Shown in pieces: positions 23,325-34,648 of a stretch of 64,000 nucleotides of DNA. How positions within the stretch are numbered: the first letter of the stretch is position 1; the number at the start of each line of letters is the position of its first letter. The stretch is taken from contig JAUCBJ010000358.1 in NCBI GenBank assembly GCA_032718475.1, forward strand, positions 1 to 64,000, read 5' to 3'. A model generated the notes under the pieces. That model saw only the letters and a program-made list of their open reading frames with translations. It did not search any database and was not told the DNA's origin. The position numbers and the translations under genes are program-made. The DNA comes from Nemertoderma westbladi. Lineage: Eukaryota; Animalia; Xenacoelomorpha.

Positions 23325-23587
23325 TCAAGATAGGGGGGGAAACTGGACGCAATAAAAATTCATCCCTCTCCAGGGGAAATTCGACTCAAATAACAGGTGA
23401 TTACTCTCAAAAATAAAACTCTAAACCTGTTCTATTGTGTTTAGTTTATTGTTTTGGTTAAAATATTGTGCCACTGTAACCTGCTCCTTTCCCTAAATTG
23501 AGAATTTAACATTGAGGCGGGATATTAATTCGCCAAGGTGGGTTTTGCGTCCAGCCCCCCCCCCCCCCCCCCCCCCCGTCTCTTGAT
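23325..23587 (+). mobile_element. MITE family A, most complete copy
   Basis: TIRs TCAAGATA(G)n..CTGGACGCAA / TTGCGTCCAG(C)n..TCTCTTGA. Further copies or fragments at ~10885, 16880, 43095, 44717, 46540 and 49097. Confidence 0.7.
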
Positions 23588-24657
23588 TTCACTAGAAAAT
23601 AGAATACATTGTATTTTACTGTTATAATTACTCTAATGAATAAATAATGAATTTATTGATTATTAAACCGTACTAAGCACGTTGAACTGGAGCTCTAACA
23701 ATTCCCCCTAGCGGCAGAAAGGAGCTGTAAAAGTCTGTCTGTGTGTAGCTTTTCTAATTAAGCAATGCTCATATTGGTTACTACTACCAAATTTCAGATG
23801 AATCTCTGATGGTTGGTTCTATAATTACTGCTATTACAGTATTACGTTTCTGTAAATTCGCCCCCCTAGCGGCAGACAGAGGAACTGTAGAAGTCTGTCG
23901 GTAGAATTTCTAAATATTTGATAAAATACATGTCTACCAAGTTTGGTTCCATTTCATCCATGATTGACTGACTTATTAGCGTTCAAACATTCCTGCCACA
24001 AACATAGCCAGAGGCAGCCACAAACAAATAAAAGCTGCAGGAACTCGAGCGCTAATTAATTTATTAATTATTGAATACTGTTCAATTAAATTCTTTACGA
24101 AATTAAATTCTTTACTTCTTTTAAATACTGAAATATGGACCCTGCATTCGTGGAAAATATAATATTTGATAATTCAGCAGTCAGCCTACGATAATTTTAA
24201 TAGTTTAAAGGGTGATGAGGAAAGTATGCACTTTTAGCACCCATAAATCGATAATGAGAGTGAACGTAGGTGACTGACAACCTGGTAGGAATAAAATATA
24301 GATAATAATTTAAAAAAATAAAAATTGGATTGACAGCAATTGACCATATTTAAGACAGCAATGACAATATTATTTTGTAATTATATGATAAATAGATTAC
24401 GACCTTAGCAGATTAAGGCAATTAAGTAAAAAAAACAAATGTAAATGAGTTTAAAAAAATGTTTTCTTAAAATTAAGTAATTATTACATGTACATAAAAA
24501 ATAAAAATGTGGCGCTATAAATTAAAATTAATACAGATTAAGTCAATTAAGTAAAAACAAATGAGAACGAGTTTAAAAAATGTTTCCATAATATTAAGTA
24601 ATTGTTAAATAGATCAAAAATACGAACGTGGCGGTATAAATTAAAATTAATATGGAG

Positions 24658-25050
24658 TTATTGGGGATTTATTGCTGCTACCTTATTGCTACCACCAGAC
24701 GGATACAATTTCAATGGTAAATTTTTATAGTGTTCATTGAGCCTTGATTTAAATGTGTTCAGTGTCGGTGATGAAACTACAGATGCGGTTAAACGGTTCC
24801 AGTCATCGATTACTCGAAAGCTGAAGGTGTCGTTACATTTACATAGCGCAAGATAATTTTTGCAGGCTAGGTCCTTGTCCAGTTGGCCTTGAAGATGCGG
24901 ATGATCTAGCAAATGTCATGGGTGATAGGGAGTTGTGGCGGCGCAATTTTGTCGACAAGCCGGCACAGCATTCTTAAAAATGCAGCTGCAATGCAGCATG
25001 CCGATCCTAGTAGTAGTAGGTCCTTGTCATGGACTGTTATTTAGATGGCC
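24658..25050 (-). mobile_element. CR1/L2-type LINE 3' fragment interrupted by an RTE insertion
   Basis: FSFRVIDDWNRLTASVVSSPTLNTFKSRLNEHY is the characteristic CR1 ORF2 C-terminus. Confidence 0.75.
24880..25016 (+). mobile_element. 5'-truncated RTE-type LINE 3' end
   Basis: EDADDLANVMGDRELWRRNFV (DRxxWR), (TAG)n tail, 12-bp TSD TAGGTCCTTGTC (24868-24879 / 25017-25028). A homologous piece lies at ~30250-30450. Confidence 0.75.
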
Positions 25051-25353
25051 TTGGAAGTAGCCTACCATAGACATACTGTACAGTATCCGAACTATACCGG
25101 TACCTGTTGATATCAACTTCTAATAAAAACTTTCAGTTTAATGTAATGATATGGATGGATAACAACATTAAGTAATTGGAATATTTGCACTTCTGTACTG
25201 CATTACTGCACAGTACTGATAAAGACTGTACAGTAAAGTTACAGTACATTCCTGCATTCAGACATCTGGACATTGCTTGCTGTACTGTGCACTGTGAGTC
25301 ATTAGGTAGGCCTACTGCATTAGTGAAATCCTGAAACGTCATGTTATATTAAT

Positions 25354-25659
25354 ATGGACTTAGGGAAGACGACAGACGCTGAGAAATTACAACTTTGTAA
25401 ACGATATTTCTACGGGGGCTGCGCTTTATTACCATTCCTCTGGCTGGTTAATTTCGTGTGGTTTTTCAAAGTTGCGTTTATTCGCCCGGCTTTCGAAGAA
25501 CAAGCGGCAATCAAAAGCTACATAATCAAGTCTGGCATCGGTTCTCTAGTCTGGTTTATCGCCTTGGTTTCCTGGTTTACGGTGTACCTAATATACCGAT
25601 CCACGTGGGGTGAAATCGGGGACAAGCTATCCTTTGTGATACCGACCGGGATTGCGTAG
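25354..25659 (+). CDS. PSENEN: Gamma-secretase subunit PEN-2, intronless, 101 aa
   Basis: EKLQLCKRYFYGGCALLPFLWLVNFVWFF...WGEIGDKLSFVIPTG. Confidence 0.97.
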   Translation: MDLGKTTDAEKLQLCKRYFYGGCALLPFLWLVNFVWFFKVAFIRPAFEEQAAIKSYIIKSGIGSLVWFIALVSWFTVYLIYRSTWGEIGDKLSFVIPTGIA

Positions 25660-25926
25660 GGAACCGAACCGTACATCAGTAAAACAGTATCGCGGTCCGG
25701 TAGGCGTAGGCTTACGACCCTACGTGTACACTGTACCTGTACCGGTAGCCAGATCACCGTGCTAAACTCTGAAACTTAAATCAACTCATCGGAGATTAGA
25801 AATCGTTTGTCGGATAAAAACTAATTACCTAGGCCTAGCCTAATTTAACTAATTTTTGCAGTTTTGTAATTAACGTCGTCTAATTAACGCAAGCCAGCAA
25901 GCTAACTGATTGTTCAGATAGACTCA

Positions 25927-26325
25927 ATGTTATTTACCTGCATTTGTTCTCGATTAATAACCCCCACTACCTTTCCCGTTGCTACTCCAGTCCGTAACCG
26001 TTACGTTGACTGGCACATGCGAAGAGACGCAAAGCGCCGCTGCATGGTAAAGGAAGCCGCTGACCTCCGACTCCGGATAAACGCGATCCGGAAATCCGAT
26101 CTGATCCCCAAGGAGATCAAAGTGATAGCCGACGAGGAGATAGACGCGTTGCCCAGGGATACCGCGGCCTGTCGGTTGGTTGGTCGTTGCGTAGCAACCT
26201 CGCGGCCACGCGGCATCGTAAAGAACTGGCGACTCAGTCGCATCGTGTTTAGGGATTTAGCGGACCACAGCAATCTGTCTGGAGTTATCTGGGCCAAGTG
26301 GGGCTCCTTCCATAGACGCCAGTAA
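25927..26325 (+). CDS. MRPS14: Mitochondrial ribosomal protein S14, intronless
   Basis: [13 protein letters not shown]...RLRINAIRK...LPRD...[10 protein letters not shown]...[17 protein letters not shown]. Confidence 0.95.
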   Translation: MLFTCICSRLITPTTFPVATPVRNRYVDWHMRRDAKRRCMVKEAADLRLRINAIRKSDLIPKEIKVIADEEIDALPRDTAACRLVGRCVATSRPRGIVKNWRLSRIVFRDLADHSNLSGVIWAKWGSFHRRQ

Positions 26326-26420
26326 ATATTAAACCCATTACAGCATTAGAGACTACAGTCAGTGAAAAAATAAAACATTATAAAAAGTAGCACTTTATTA
26401 GATGGTAGGTATATAAAGTA

Positions 26421-26678
26421 ATGCGACATTTGCAGTTTATTTCCCGCACCGTGTTGGTTAGACACCCGGATTATCTCGAGAAGTCGCATCGCGCGTTGAA
26501 CCGCTCGTTAGTTGAGGATAAAGTCGTGAAGGATCACCAGTTGGGCGCCCGATTCGAGAAGGGCTGGATGCGACGCAGACGACTGCGTTACGAGGCCTCA
26601 GTCGAGCTCTACGACTGGGAGATGCGAGCAAAGATATCCTTTATGAACAAAAAGTTACACGAGGATCCCTGGTACTAA
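26421..26678 (+). CDS. MRPS21: Mitochondrial ribosomal protein S21, intronless
   Basis: MRHLQFISRTVLV...ALNR...FEK...RRRR...YDWEMRAKISFM.K..EDPW. Confidence 0.92.
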   Translation: MRHLQFISRTVLVRHPDYLEKSHRALNRSLVEDKVVKDHQLGARFEKGWMRRRRLRYEASVELYDWEMRAKISFMNKKLHEDPWY

Positions 26679-26928
26679 AATAATTGGATTTAACTGGTGT
26701 ATAAAGTGTTTCTTTATTTGATTCTAATATTTTATATCCCGGACAAAACTTAATTGGAATATTTTGATTGACTTTATTCTATTTCTATAGGAGTAACTTT
26801 GTAATAATAGTTTACTTTATTTCCCTGAAACTTATTTACTTTATTTCCCGGAAACATTATTTACTTTATTTTCTGGGTCGCTTTTTTGATTGAATTTATA
26901 TAATTTAGCGACTCTTTTTTTTCTCGCG

Positions 26929-27612
26929 ATGTTGAATTTTCTCCGGCAAATAAAACTGCCGACGTTCCGGTTCAGCCGGAAGCCGCAACTTCCGGCGGTT
27001 AAGAAAGAGAAACTCCGGATCCGTGTCGCCAATTACGTCACCAACATCGGCCGCGATTACGTCACGGTCGCCAGGGAGACGGCGACCTCCAGCAGGAACT
27101 CGCCCCACAAGTTCGCCTTCTGGGTCGGTCTGTTCGGCTTGGCCTGTCTCGCCGGCTATACGAACCCTAGCAACGAGGACTACGTCGCTATGGTGACGGA
27201 ATGGAACGTCCGACTGGGGTTGCTAACCCCGGAGACGCGGAAGCCGCGATTGGACGGCTACATCAGTGACGTCACGATGTGGGTCAGCCAAGGGAGACTC
27301 CGTTGGCTCAACCTGTATCTGTTCAGCGTCGGTTGGCTCGGTAGCGATTCGGCTCGCTGCGCTCTTCCACACGCGACCATCTCGCAGGTTCAGCCGCCAC
27401 TCCGTGAACGCGTCGTCGATGTCGCCGCCTTCGGTTCCTACTTCATCCTCTCCAACATCGTCAAGGATTACGACGTTAACGACGACTCCTTCCAATGGAC
27501 CCAACGGTTAACAAAGAAACCAGATATCTCCGTTCTAGAACCGCTTATATCGCGACTCGGTCTACCGCTTCCGTCACGTGACCGGGAAACTATAGAGAAA
27601 GTCTCCACGTAA
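26929..27612 (+). CDS. TIMM29: Mitochondrial import inner membrane translocase subunit Tim29 (C19orf52-like), intronless
   Basis: DY..VARE, a TM segment followed by TNP, GRLRWLNL..FS..W, RVVDV..FG, KDYDVNDDSF. First ATG at 26929. Confidence 0.8.
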   Translation: MLNFLRQIKLPTFRFSRKPQLPAVKKEKLRIRVANYVTNIGRDYVTVARETATSSRNSPHKFAFWVGLFGLACLAGYTNPSNEDYVAMVTEWNVRLGLLTPETRKPRLDGYISDVTMWVSQGRLRWLNLYLFSVGWLGSDSARCALPHATISQVQPPLRERVVDVAAFGSYFILSNIVKDYDVNDDSFQWTQRLTKKPDISVLEPLISRLGLPLPSRDRETIEKVST

Positions 27613-28425
27613 ATGATCCACCAATTAATAGTTATGTTTGTATTTTTTAATTGTTTTCTCGGAATGTGCCGAATATCTTCTATCTGTAATTGAGAATTTG
27701 CTTTATTTTGCCTTCAGTAAATATAACTTTCCATTGTTTCATCATAAAGGTTACCGGTACCAATCCAATCTGTTAAATCTTTTTGTTCAAATTTTCTCGA
27801 CCATTTTTGATGATTTTAAAAACCCGCGCGTAAATTTGGATTTTATTAAAACCGTTAACTGGACGGTATGTTTTGTCCGCATTGGAGTATTGAGACAAGA
27901 CCCTTTAAGGAGATATAACGGGTAACGAAGGGAGACGTTTACATGAACTATCCATGGGGAAGCAGCAGCCCTAACAGTCACGTTTCTGCACAAATATTGT
28001 ACCTGGCTGGAAACACAAAAAAAATGCCCAAGGACAATAAAACTGATTTGGATCACACACTATTTATATGTTTTGCTTGAAAACACCGCACAAATATATA
28101 TTCTGTAGAATTGTAACATACGTTTTTGATTGTCCACAGCCTGACAGCTCAATTTCACTTCAACAACAATATGTCATATTCTGAAAATCAATATACCAGA
28201 TAAGTTGTAAACATTCGAAAACCCACAAAATGTTGAGTCAGTAAAATAATTATGTTACTCTACATCCGTACAGAGTAAGAGTTGTTCGAGTGTTCCAGGT
28301 CTGTGACTCGATAAATCAGCACAATTCACTAAAATATTAATATAAAGTTATCTTATTTAAAGATGTTAAAACCGAGATATGAAAAGTACAATCATTATCT
28401 AACATATACACCATGAACCGTAATA

Positions 28426-29304
28426 TAGTGTCATTTTCTGATGATACGGATCCCCCCCCCCCCCCAGATTTTTCTACAAATCTTTATCATATTGCTTGAA
28501 ATTTGAAACACAACTATTTCCACTCACCGTTGTTGACCCCATGAAGCCGGAATTTTCGATTTTGCCTTTACATTTTTTTTATAAGCATTTTAAAAAAGTG
28601 TCCTTTGCGAATTCGCACCCTCCGCATCGTGGCCATTCAGCATTCTTCACATTAGTCGTGATTTTATCATATCAATAGAAAGCTTGCGTTGCAAGGATTC
28701 GAAATATGTAACAATATCTGAATTTCATTGAGAAAAAGCTGAGATATAGGCGTTCAAAGATTGCAAGAATTATTGTTCGCTGCAAGCCATTTATTCTATT
28801 TAATAAATACACAAAATTCTAGAAGGTGTTATTTATTTTATAAGTTGGTGGGCATCAGCGGTATTCCTATCCAATATATCTATTGCGTAGATATTCATAC
28901 TTATACAAAATGTTCCAGAACATCGTGTATTTATTTAATAGAATAAATGGCCTTCAGCGAACAATAATTCTTGCTATCTTTGAACCCTATATCTCAGCTG
29001 TTTCTCAATGAAATTCAGAAATTGTTACACATATTGAATCCTTGCAACGCAAGCTTTCTAATGATATGAAAAAATTACGACTAATACGAAGAATGGCCAC
29101 GATACGGAGGGTGCGATTTCGCTAAAGACACATTTTTAAAACGCCTATAAAAAAAATTTGAAGGCAAAATCGAAAATTCCGTCTTCATAGGGTCAACCAC
29201 GGTGAGTTGAACTAGGTATGTTTCAAAGTTAAAAAGCAATATGATAAAGATTTGTAGAAAAATCTGGGGGGGGGGGGGGGGGGGGGCGGGTCCGTGTCAT
29301 CAGT
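28426..29304. mobile_element. Fold-back MITE (family B), near-complete palindrome with ~400-bp arms
   Basis: CTGATGATACGG..(C)n.AGATTTTTCTACAAATCTTTATCATATTGCT is mirrored at 29235-29303, and the arms stay complementary inward. The left terminus TA|TAGTGTC is shared with the copy at 47194. Confidence 0.85.
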
Positions 29305-30244
29305 GTAATATGAATTGGGAGCATCGTATTTTATTTGATATTATGTATCTCTAAATTAAGTGGCTTTTAAATAAAGTATTATAAAGGAGGCTGTAAAGTG
29401 GAGGTTGACGAAATTGTGAGATGTCCCATAGATTGTCCAGCATTTATTATTGTCTGTAATTCTGCAGAAGTTGTAGTCGAGCCAACCGGTATAATAGTTC
29501 ATTACAGGATGGGCTGTCCCTCAATGTGAAAATGGGAGCAAGCCTTTGGCTTTGAGCACTTTTTCGACCATCTTTATTATGAAATTCATTTCGAAGTCGC
29601 ATGTCATCGTCATGTCATATCTGGTTGTACCGAACTGGCCGTGTTTCAGATAATGTTAGTTCTTTATTTTTTTTCCCGTGTAAACTAATCACCCGATCAT
29701 TGCACTTTCTAGCTCAGGATCTCGAGAATGCCTCCCTTGTGGGACGAAACCTTCCGCTCAGATGTCAATCGTAGACGATCACTGATTGCATGTAACTTAT
29801 GTATGAGTCACCAATTGCTCTTTTTAGTTTCGGGTATGATTTGGTTTTTGTTTACTTATTGCAACATATAAACACGCAAGATTTTACTGACGTGAATATT
29901 TTTATTTTATTGTCAATTACGTTGGTGTAATATAGACTTATACTGTACCAAGTATTTGCATAGGCTTCCTTTTACGTGAGATAAGAATTACTAATAATTA
30001 ATTGTATTTCTTTAAATAATAACACATTGGAATTTATTATTATGCGAATTGCAATTTATTTATTACAAATAGTGTTTGTAACTTTTTATACTATTTATAA
30101 TAGTGTTTGTAAAGCAGTGCTTTATATTATGCTGATAACAATGGTTTGTAACACAGGAACTTAGTGATTGAATAATCAGAGTCGCAGAGGTTGAAGCAGT
30201 GTAATAAATCTTTAATCTTTGTGTCCTGATTGTTGATTTGTGGT

Positions 30245-30450
30245 TGAATTTGAAGATGCGGATAATCTCACGAAAGTCATGGTGGATAGGGAGTTGTGGC
30301 TGTGCAACTTTGTTGATAAGCCGGCGTAGCATTCTTAATGCACGCTGTATTGGGCTTGCCAATTATGGATTTCATGGTGGCGCAAATTATTTTTTAAGCC
30401 GGCATAGCATCTCAATTTGCAAATTCAATGCAGCAGGCCGATTATAGAAA
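30245..30450 (+). mobile_element. RTE-type LINE 3' fragment
   Basis: Homologous to 24880-25016 (GAAGATGCGGAT...GATAGGGAGTTGTGGC...AAGCCGGC). Confidence 0.6.
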
Positions 30451-30657
30451 GTTGATTTGTAAAATGAACAAATGTGGCGAGTATAATCAAATTGACCCTC
30501 GTCTCAATCAGAACCTCATAACAAAAACTTCTTAACAATAAGGTAATAAAAAATTTGAATAATATTACAAAAAGAAACTTTTTGTGTAAAAAGTTTGATA
30601 TATTATTTGGTAAATTTCTCTAATTTTAAAATATCAATCGATAGAAACTGTTAGAAA

Positions 30658-31912
30658 TAGGGTTGAACCGGATATCTGGTGTACCGGATATCTGGTGTTC
30701 CGGATATCTGGTGTACCGGATATCTGGTGTACCGGATATCTGGTGTACCGGATATCTGGTGTACCGGATATCTGGTGTACCGGATATATCTGGTGTACCG
30801 GATATATCTGGTGTACCGGATATATCTGGTGTACCGGATATATCTGGTGTACCGGATATCTGGTGCACCGGATATCTGGTGTACCGGATATCTGGTGTAC
30901 CGGATATCTGGTGTACCGGATATATCTGGTGTACCGGATATATCTGGTGTACCGGATATATCTGGTGTACCGGATATATCTGGTGTACCGGATATCTGGT
31001 GTACCGGATATCTGGTGTACCGGATATCTGGTGTACCGGATATCTGGTGTACCGGATATCTGGTGTACCGGATATCTGGTGTACCGGATATCTGGTGTAC
31101 CGGATATCTGGTGTACCGGATATCTGGTGTACCGGATATTTGGTGTACCGGATATCTGGTGTAGCGGATATCTGGTGTACCGGATATCTGGTGTACCGGA
31201 TATCTGGTGTACCGGATATCTGGTGTACCGGATATCTGGTGTAGCGGATATCTGGTGTACCGGATATCTGGTGTACCGGATATCTGGTGTAGCGGATATC
31301 TGGTGTACCGGATATCTGGTGTACCGGATATCTGGTGTACCGGATATCTGGTGTACCGGATATCTGGTGTACCGGATATCTGGTGTACCGGATATCTGGT
31401 GTACCGGATATCTGGTGTACCGGATATCTGGTGTACCGGATATCTGGTGTACCGGATATCTGGTGTACCGGATATCTGGCCGGGCCGGCTCCGGGCGGAT
31501 TTCAATTTTTTGCCGGCTTTTCATTTCTACGAATTGTTGAAAAAATTTACAATTAATGTAGATTTTCAAAAACACATCAAACTAATTGTATTTTAAATTC
31601 AAACAAATTTAAACGTAAGCAAATACAATGGAATTATAATTTTTTTCATAGTTTGTCTATTCATTCATATTTTGAATTATGATAAAGTCTAAAGCTTCAT
31701 GACTATTTTTATGACTATCTACATGCTGAGCTGACTGACTACTTTTTACCAAGAATATTTATAATATATAACACGTAATATATAATAAGTACACGTGACG
31801 TATGATGCCCATATAATAATTATAAGTTCTAGTCAATAATTATTATATTGGCCAATCGCGCGGAAGCGTTGATTTTAGATTAAGTGGTGATATACAATCC
31901 GGCACATCCCTA
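30658..31912. mobile_element. Non-autonomous hAT element carrying a 16-bp tandem array
   Basis: TIRs TAGGGTTGAACCGGAT / ATCCGGCACATCCCTA; perfect 8-bp TSD GTTAGAAA (30650-30657 / 31913-31920). Confidence 0.85.
30667..31478. repeat. 16-bp minisatellite ACCGGATATCTGGTGT (~50 copies, some 18-bp variants)
   Basis: Directly visible. Confidence 0.97.
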
Positions 31913-32029
31913 GTTAGAAAGATAATTTGAAAAATTCATAGACACAAAAAACGTATTGCAATTATCTGTCGGTATAATAAATAAATAAAAATATCAACCG
32001 TAATTGCATTGCATATGTTTAGAGTTGTC

Positions 32030-32245
32030 TGCTAGTGAATGACGTCACGTCTTTTTCCCCTACCTAAGTACATATACTAGTGAATGTCGTCACGCCTTTT
32101 GCCCCAGCCCTTACCTTAGAATAATACTAGATAATGATTTCAAGCCTTTTGTCTTTACTTGGGGACGTGTGCTGGTGAATGACGTCATCCCTTTTGCCCC
32201 TACCTGAGAGCATATGCTAGAGAATGTCGTCACGCCTTTTGTCCG
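32030..32245. repeat. Four degenerate ~45-bp repeats (CTAGTGAATGACGTCAC..CTTTT)
   Basis: Copies at ~32030, 32076, 32170 and 32215. Confidence 0.6.
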
Positions 32246-32480
32246 AGAACGTAAGCTGGTAAATCTAAATCACATCACTCAACTACATTGGTTTCTTTGT
32301 TGCGCCACCTACCCAACGATTTGGGAACCTGGCAGCGGGAGTTGGGGTAGCACGAGAGTTCATAATAATAATATGTGAAATCAGCATTTTATAGATAGGA
32401 GAACACGTCACCGTAATAAAGGGCTTTGCAATATGTGCGAAATGATATCGTTTACGAAACGAAAAAAAGTTAAAAATCAA

Positions 32481-32553
32481 CGCCCAACGTGGGGATCGAA
32501 CCCACAACCTTAGGATTAAGAGTCCTACGCTCTACCGATTGAGCTAGCCGGGC
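32481..32553 (-). tRNA. tRNA-Lys (anticodon CTT)
   Basis: GCCCGGCTAGCTCAATCGGTAGAGCGTAGGACTCTTAATCCTAAGGTTGTGGGTTCGATCCCCACGTTGGGCG: 73 nt, full cloverleaf, T-runs downstream. Confidence 0.95.
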
Positions 32554-33052
32554 TTATGAGGGCCAATAATCCAAATTTAATATAGTAAGGGCAGAAAATA
32601 CAGTCTTATAGGGGCCAATCCAGGGTTATAAGGTCCGATAATAACCATAATATTTTAGTAAGGTGCTATGTGGTATGCCAATAGTTAGTATAATTTATGA
32701 TCCTCGTAGCTAAATTTCACTCACTCACTACGTTCGTTCATGTAACGAACCACTGCGGATCAGCATAGAGTAAAGTGATACTTTACACACAAGTGTGCCA
32801 ACATACGTGTATTTCATTGTTAAAGAAATTTATTAATATCGTTGAAACAATTATCGATTAATCGCAAATCATTATGAAATAGGCGGGAAACCTAACCGTA
32901 ATAAATGAATAAATAAAAAAATAAATGAATAATTATAGGATATAAGGATAATTTATTTATCGAATCTTTCCATCCTGAAACCCAATATTAGTCATGGTTT
33001 TTATTTCAATTATTGCATTCTTTCGGAACTTTAATACTCAGAGTTCTCTTTT

Positions 33053-34459
33053 TTAAAACCGAAATAATCGTTTCTTTAATTCTCCCATAATCACAGATCT
33101 TTCTATTCGAATATTATCCAACATATTTCTACTTTCTACGGCTCTTCTCGACAGATACGGTATTGTTTCCTCAACAGGCCCATATGGGATCGATTTATAG
33201 ACGGGAATTCCCGCTTCCGATAGAGAATAGGAAAGACCATCATTGATGGCAAACACCTGTCCAAAGATCACACATTCATCCTTCATATCAATACCTAAAT
33301 TACTAATTGCGTCCAAGGCCCGTTGTACAGTCTGTATGTTGTGGGAGGCCACCATTAAGTGTGTGGTCCTTGGATCTTCAGCTACTCGCGCCATTAGCAG
33401 ATCCAAACAACGGCCGTATTGAGTAGTTGTCACATCGTAGCCATCATTTATTGGGCTCTCCACTCCCAACTCCGTGCACCTAGCTATCTCGCCTGACATG
33501 TACGCGCCGCGAACTAATTTACAACCGAATTTTATACCGTTTGCATCCAGGAATTCCAAGTGGCTTTGCAGTTGTGTATACGTATCTTTTAAGTATGCTT
33601 GATATGTTGACATGATTAAAGGACGCTGCAAGTTAAACAACATCTGGCATGCCAATATCATTGCGTTCAAGGTTTCTCGGCAATAACTCCACTCCTGGTC
33701 ATAAAATAGTTTAACATTGAGCTTGTCCGCGACTTTATTTATCCCGTGCAATCGATTTAGAGTTCCTGAAAACTCCGCCTGCTCAGATTCACTTAGAAAA
33801 TCCAAACTGAGTCCTTCTTTCGGATTAGCCATAAATTTCGCGAGTTTTCCTACATAAAGGTCGGACTTGGGATCCAAGTAGCTGGTTGACCCTACAATAT
33901 ATTCGTTTATCTTGTACAATAGATCCATACTGATCAAGGCACTGATTCTGGCCTGGGCGATACCCAAATGCCCAGCTGCCTCCTGGCTGTAGGCCATGCA
34001 TTTGATAACTTCTTCCATAACTTGATTATAATAAACCTCGCCTCTAGTACCCTCCCCTAAGCTGCTCTCATCCACTGCGTATATCATCGGTCGAACGTTA
34101 CCAATCATTAATTTCCGACAACATTCTAGAATTTCTTGGCGATTTTCTCCTCCTGCAAAGTGTCCGTACAGCGTGGATTTCAAGAACTTACGGTGACCCC
34201 AACTTCCTAGCAATTTGGCCGACAGCTTCAGTAAATATTCGCTATTTCGGACAAGAAAGTCGAACGAGCAGATACAAATGACGAATACAGAGCGCGTGAT
34301 CTCTTTAGTTGATTTATGGCTCAGATTGGCTATGTTGCCATGGGAACTGTTAATGTTTAATTTTTTCCATAAATTAGCAGTCGTCGAGATCCGTCGAAAT
34401 TGATCACATTGGTTGTTAGTGACAACGGATTTGACGCGACGTTCTATTGCTGACAACAT
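33053..34459 (-). CDS. PRODH: Proline/hydroxyproline dehydrogenase (PRODH family), intronless, 468 aa
   Basis: TLYGHFAGGE, TYQAYLKD, KLVRGAYM, MVASHN, YKSIPYGPVEETIPYLSRRA. Confidence 0.88.
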   Translation of the reverse strand: MLSAIERRVKSVVTNNQCDQFRRISTTANLWKKLNINSSHGNIANLSHKSTKEITRSVFVICICSFDFLVRNSEYLLKLSAKLLGSWGHRKFLKSTLYGHFAGGENRQEILECCRKLMIGNVRPMIYAVDESSLGEGTRGEVYYNQVMEEVIKCMAYSQEAAGHLGIAQARISALISMDLLYKINEYIVGSTSYLDPKSDLYVGKLAKFMANPKEGLSLDFLSESEQAEFSGTLNRLHGINKVADKLNVKLFYDQEWSYCRETLNAMILACQMLFNLQRPLIMSTYQAYLKDTYTQLQSHLEFLDANGIKFGCKLVRGAYMSGEIARCTELGVESPINDGYDVTTTQYGRCLDLLMARVAEDPRTTHLMVASHNIQTVQRALDAISNLGIDMKDECVIFGQVFAINDGLSYSLSEAGIPVYKSIPYGPVEETIPYLSRRAVESRNMLDNIRIERSVIMGELKKRLFRF

Positions 34460-34648
34460 CGCCTTATGATTAACTTAAGCGCTAACCAGAATACAAACAC
34501 AATACTACATTACTGACATCGCAAAAATTTACCTTCGGGTTGAACAATCAGATAAATGTTTGGGTTCAGCTTATGTGTGCCCTCTATAGTAAGTACAGCA
34601 GTAGACCGTAGGGTGCGCTACGCCACTGAACACAGATAGGGCCTACAG

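Noticed and set aside
30626-31596. ORFs and CRISPR-like regularity in the 16-bp array
   Set aside because: Direct tandem repeats with no unique spacers and no cas genes, inside a hAT element in eukaryotic DNA.
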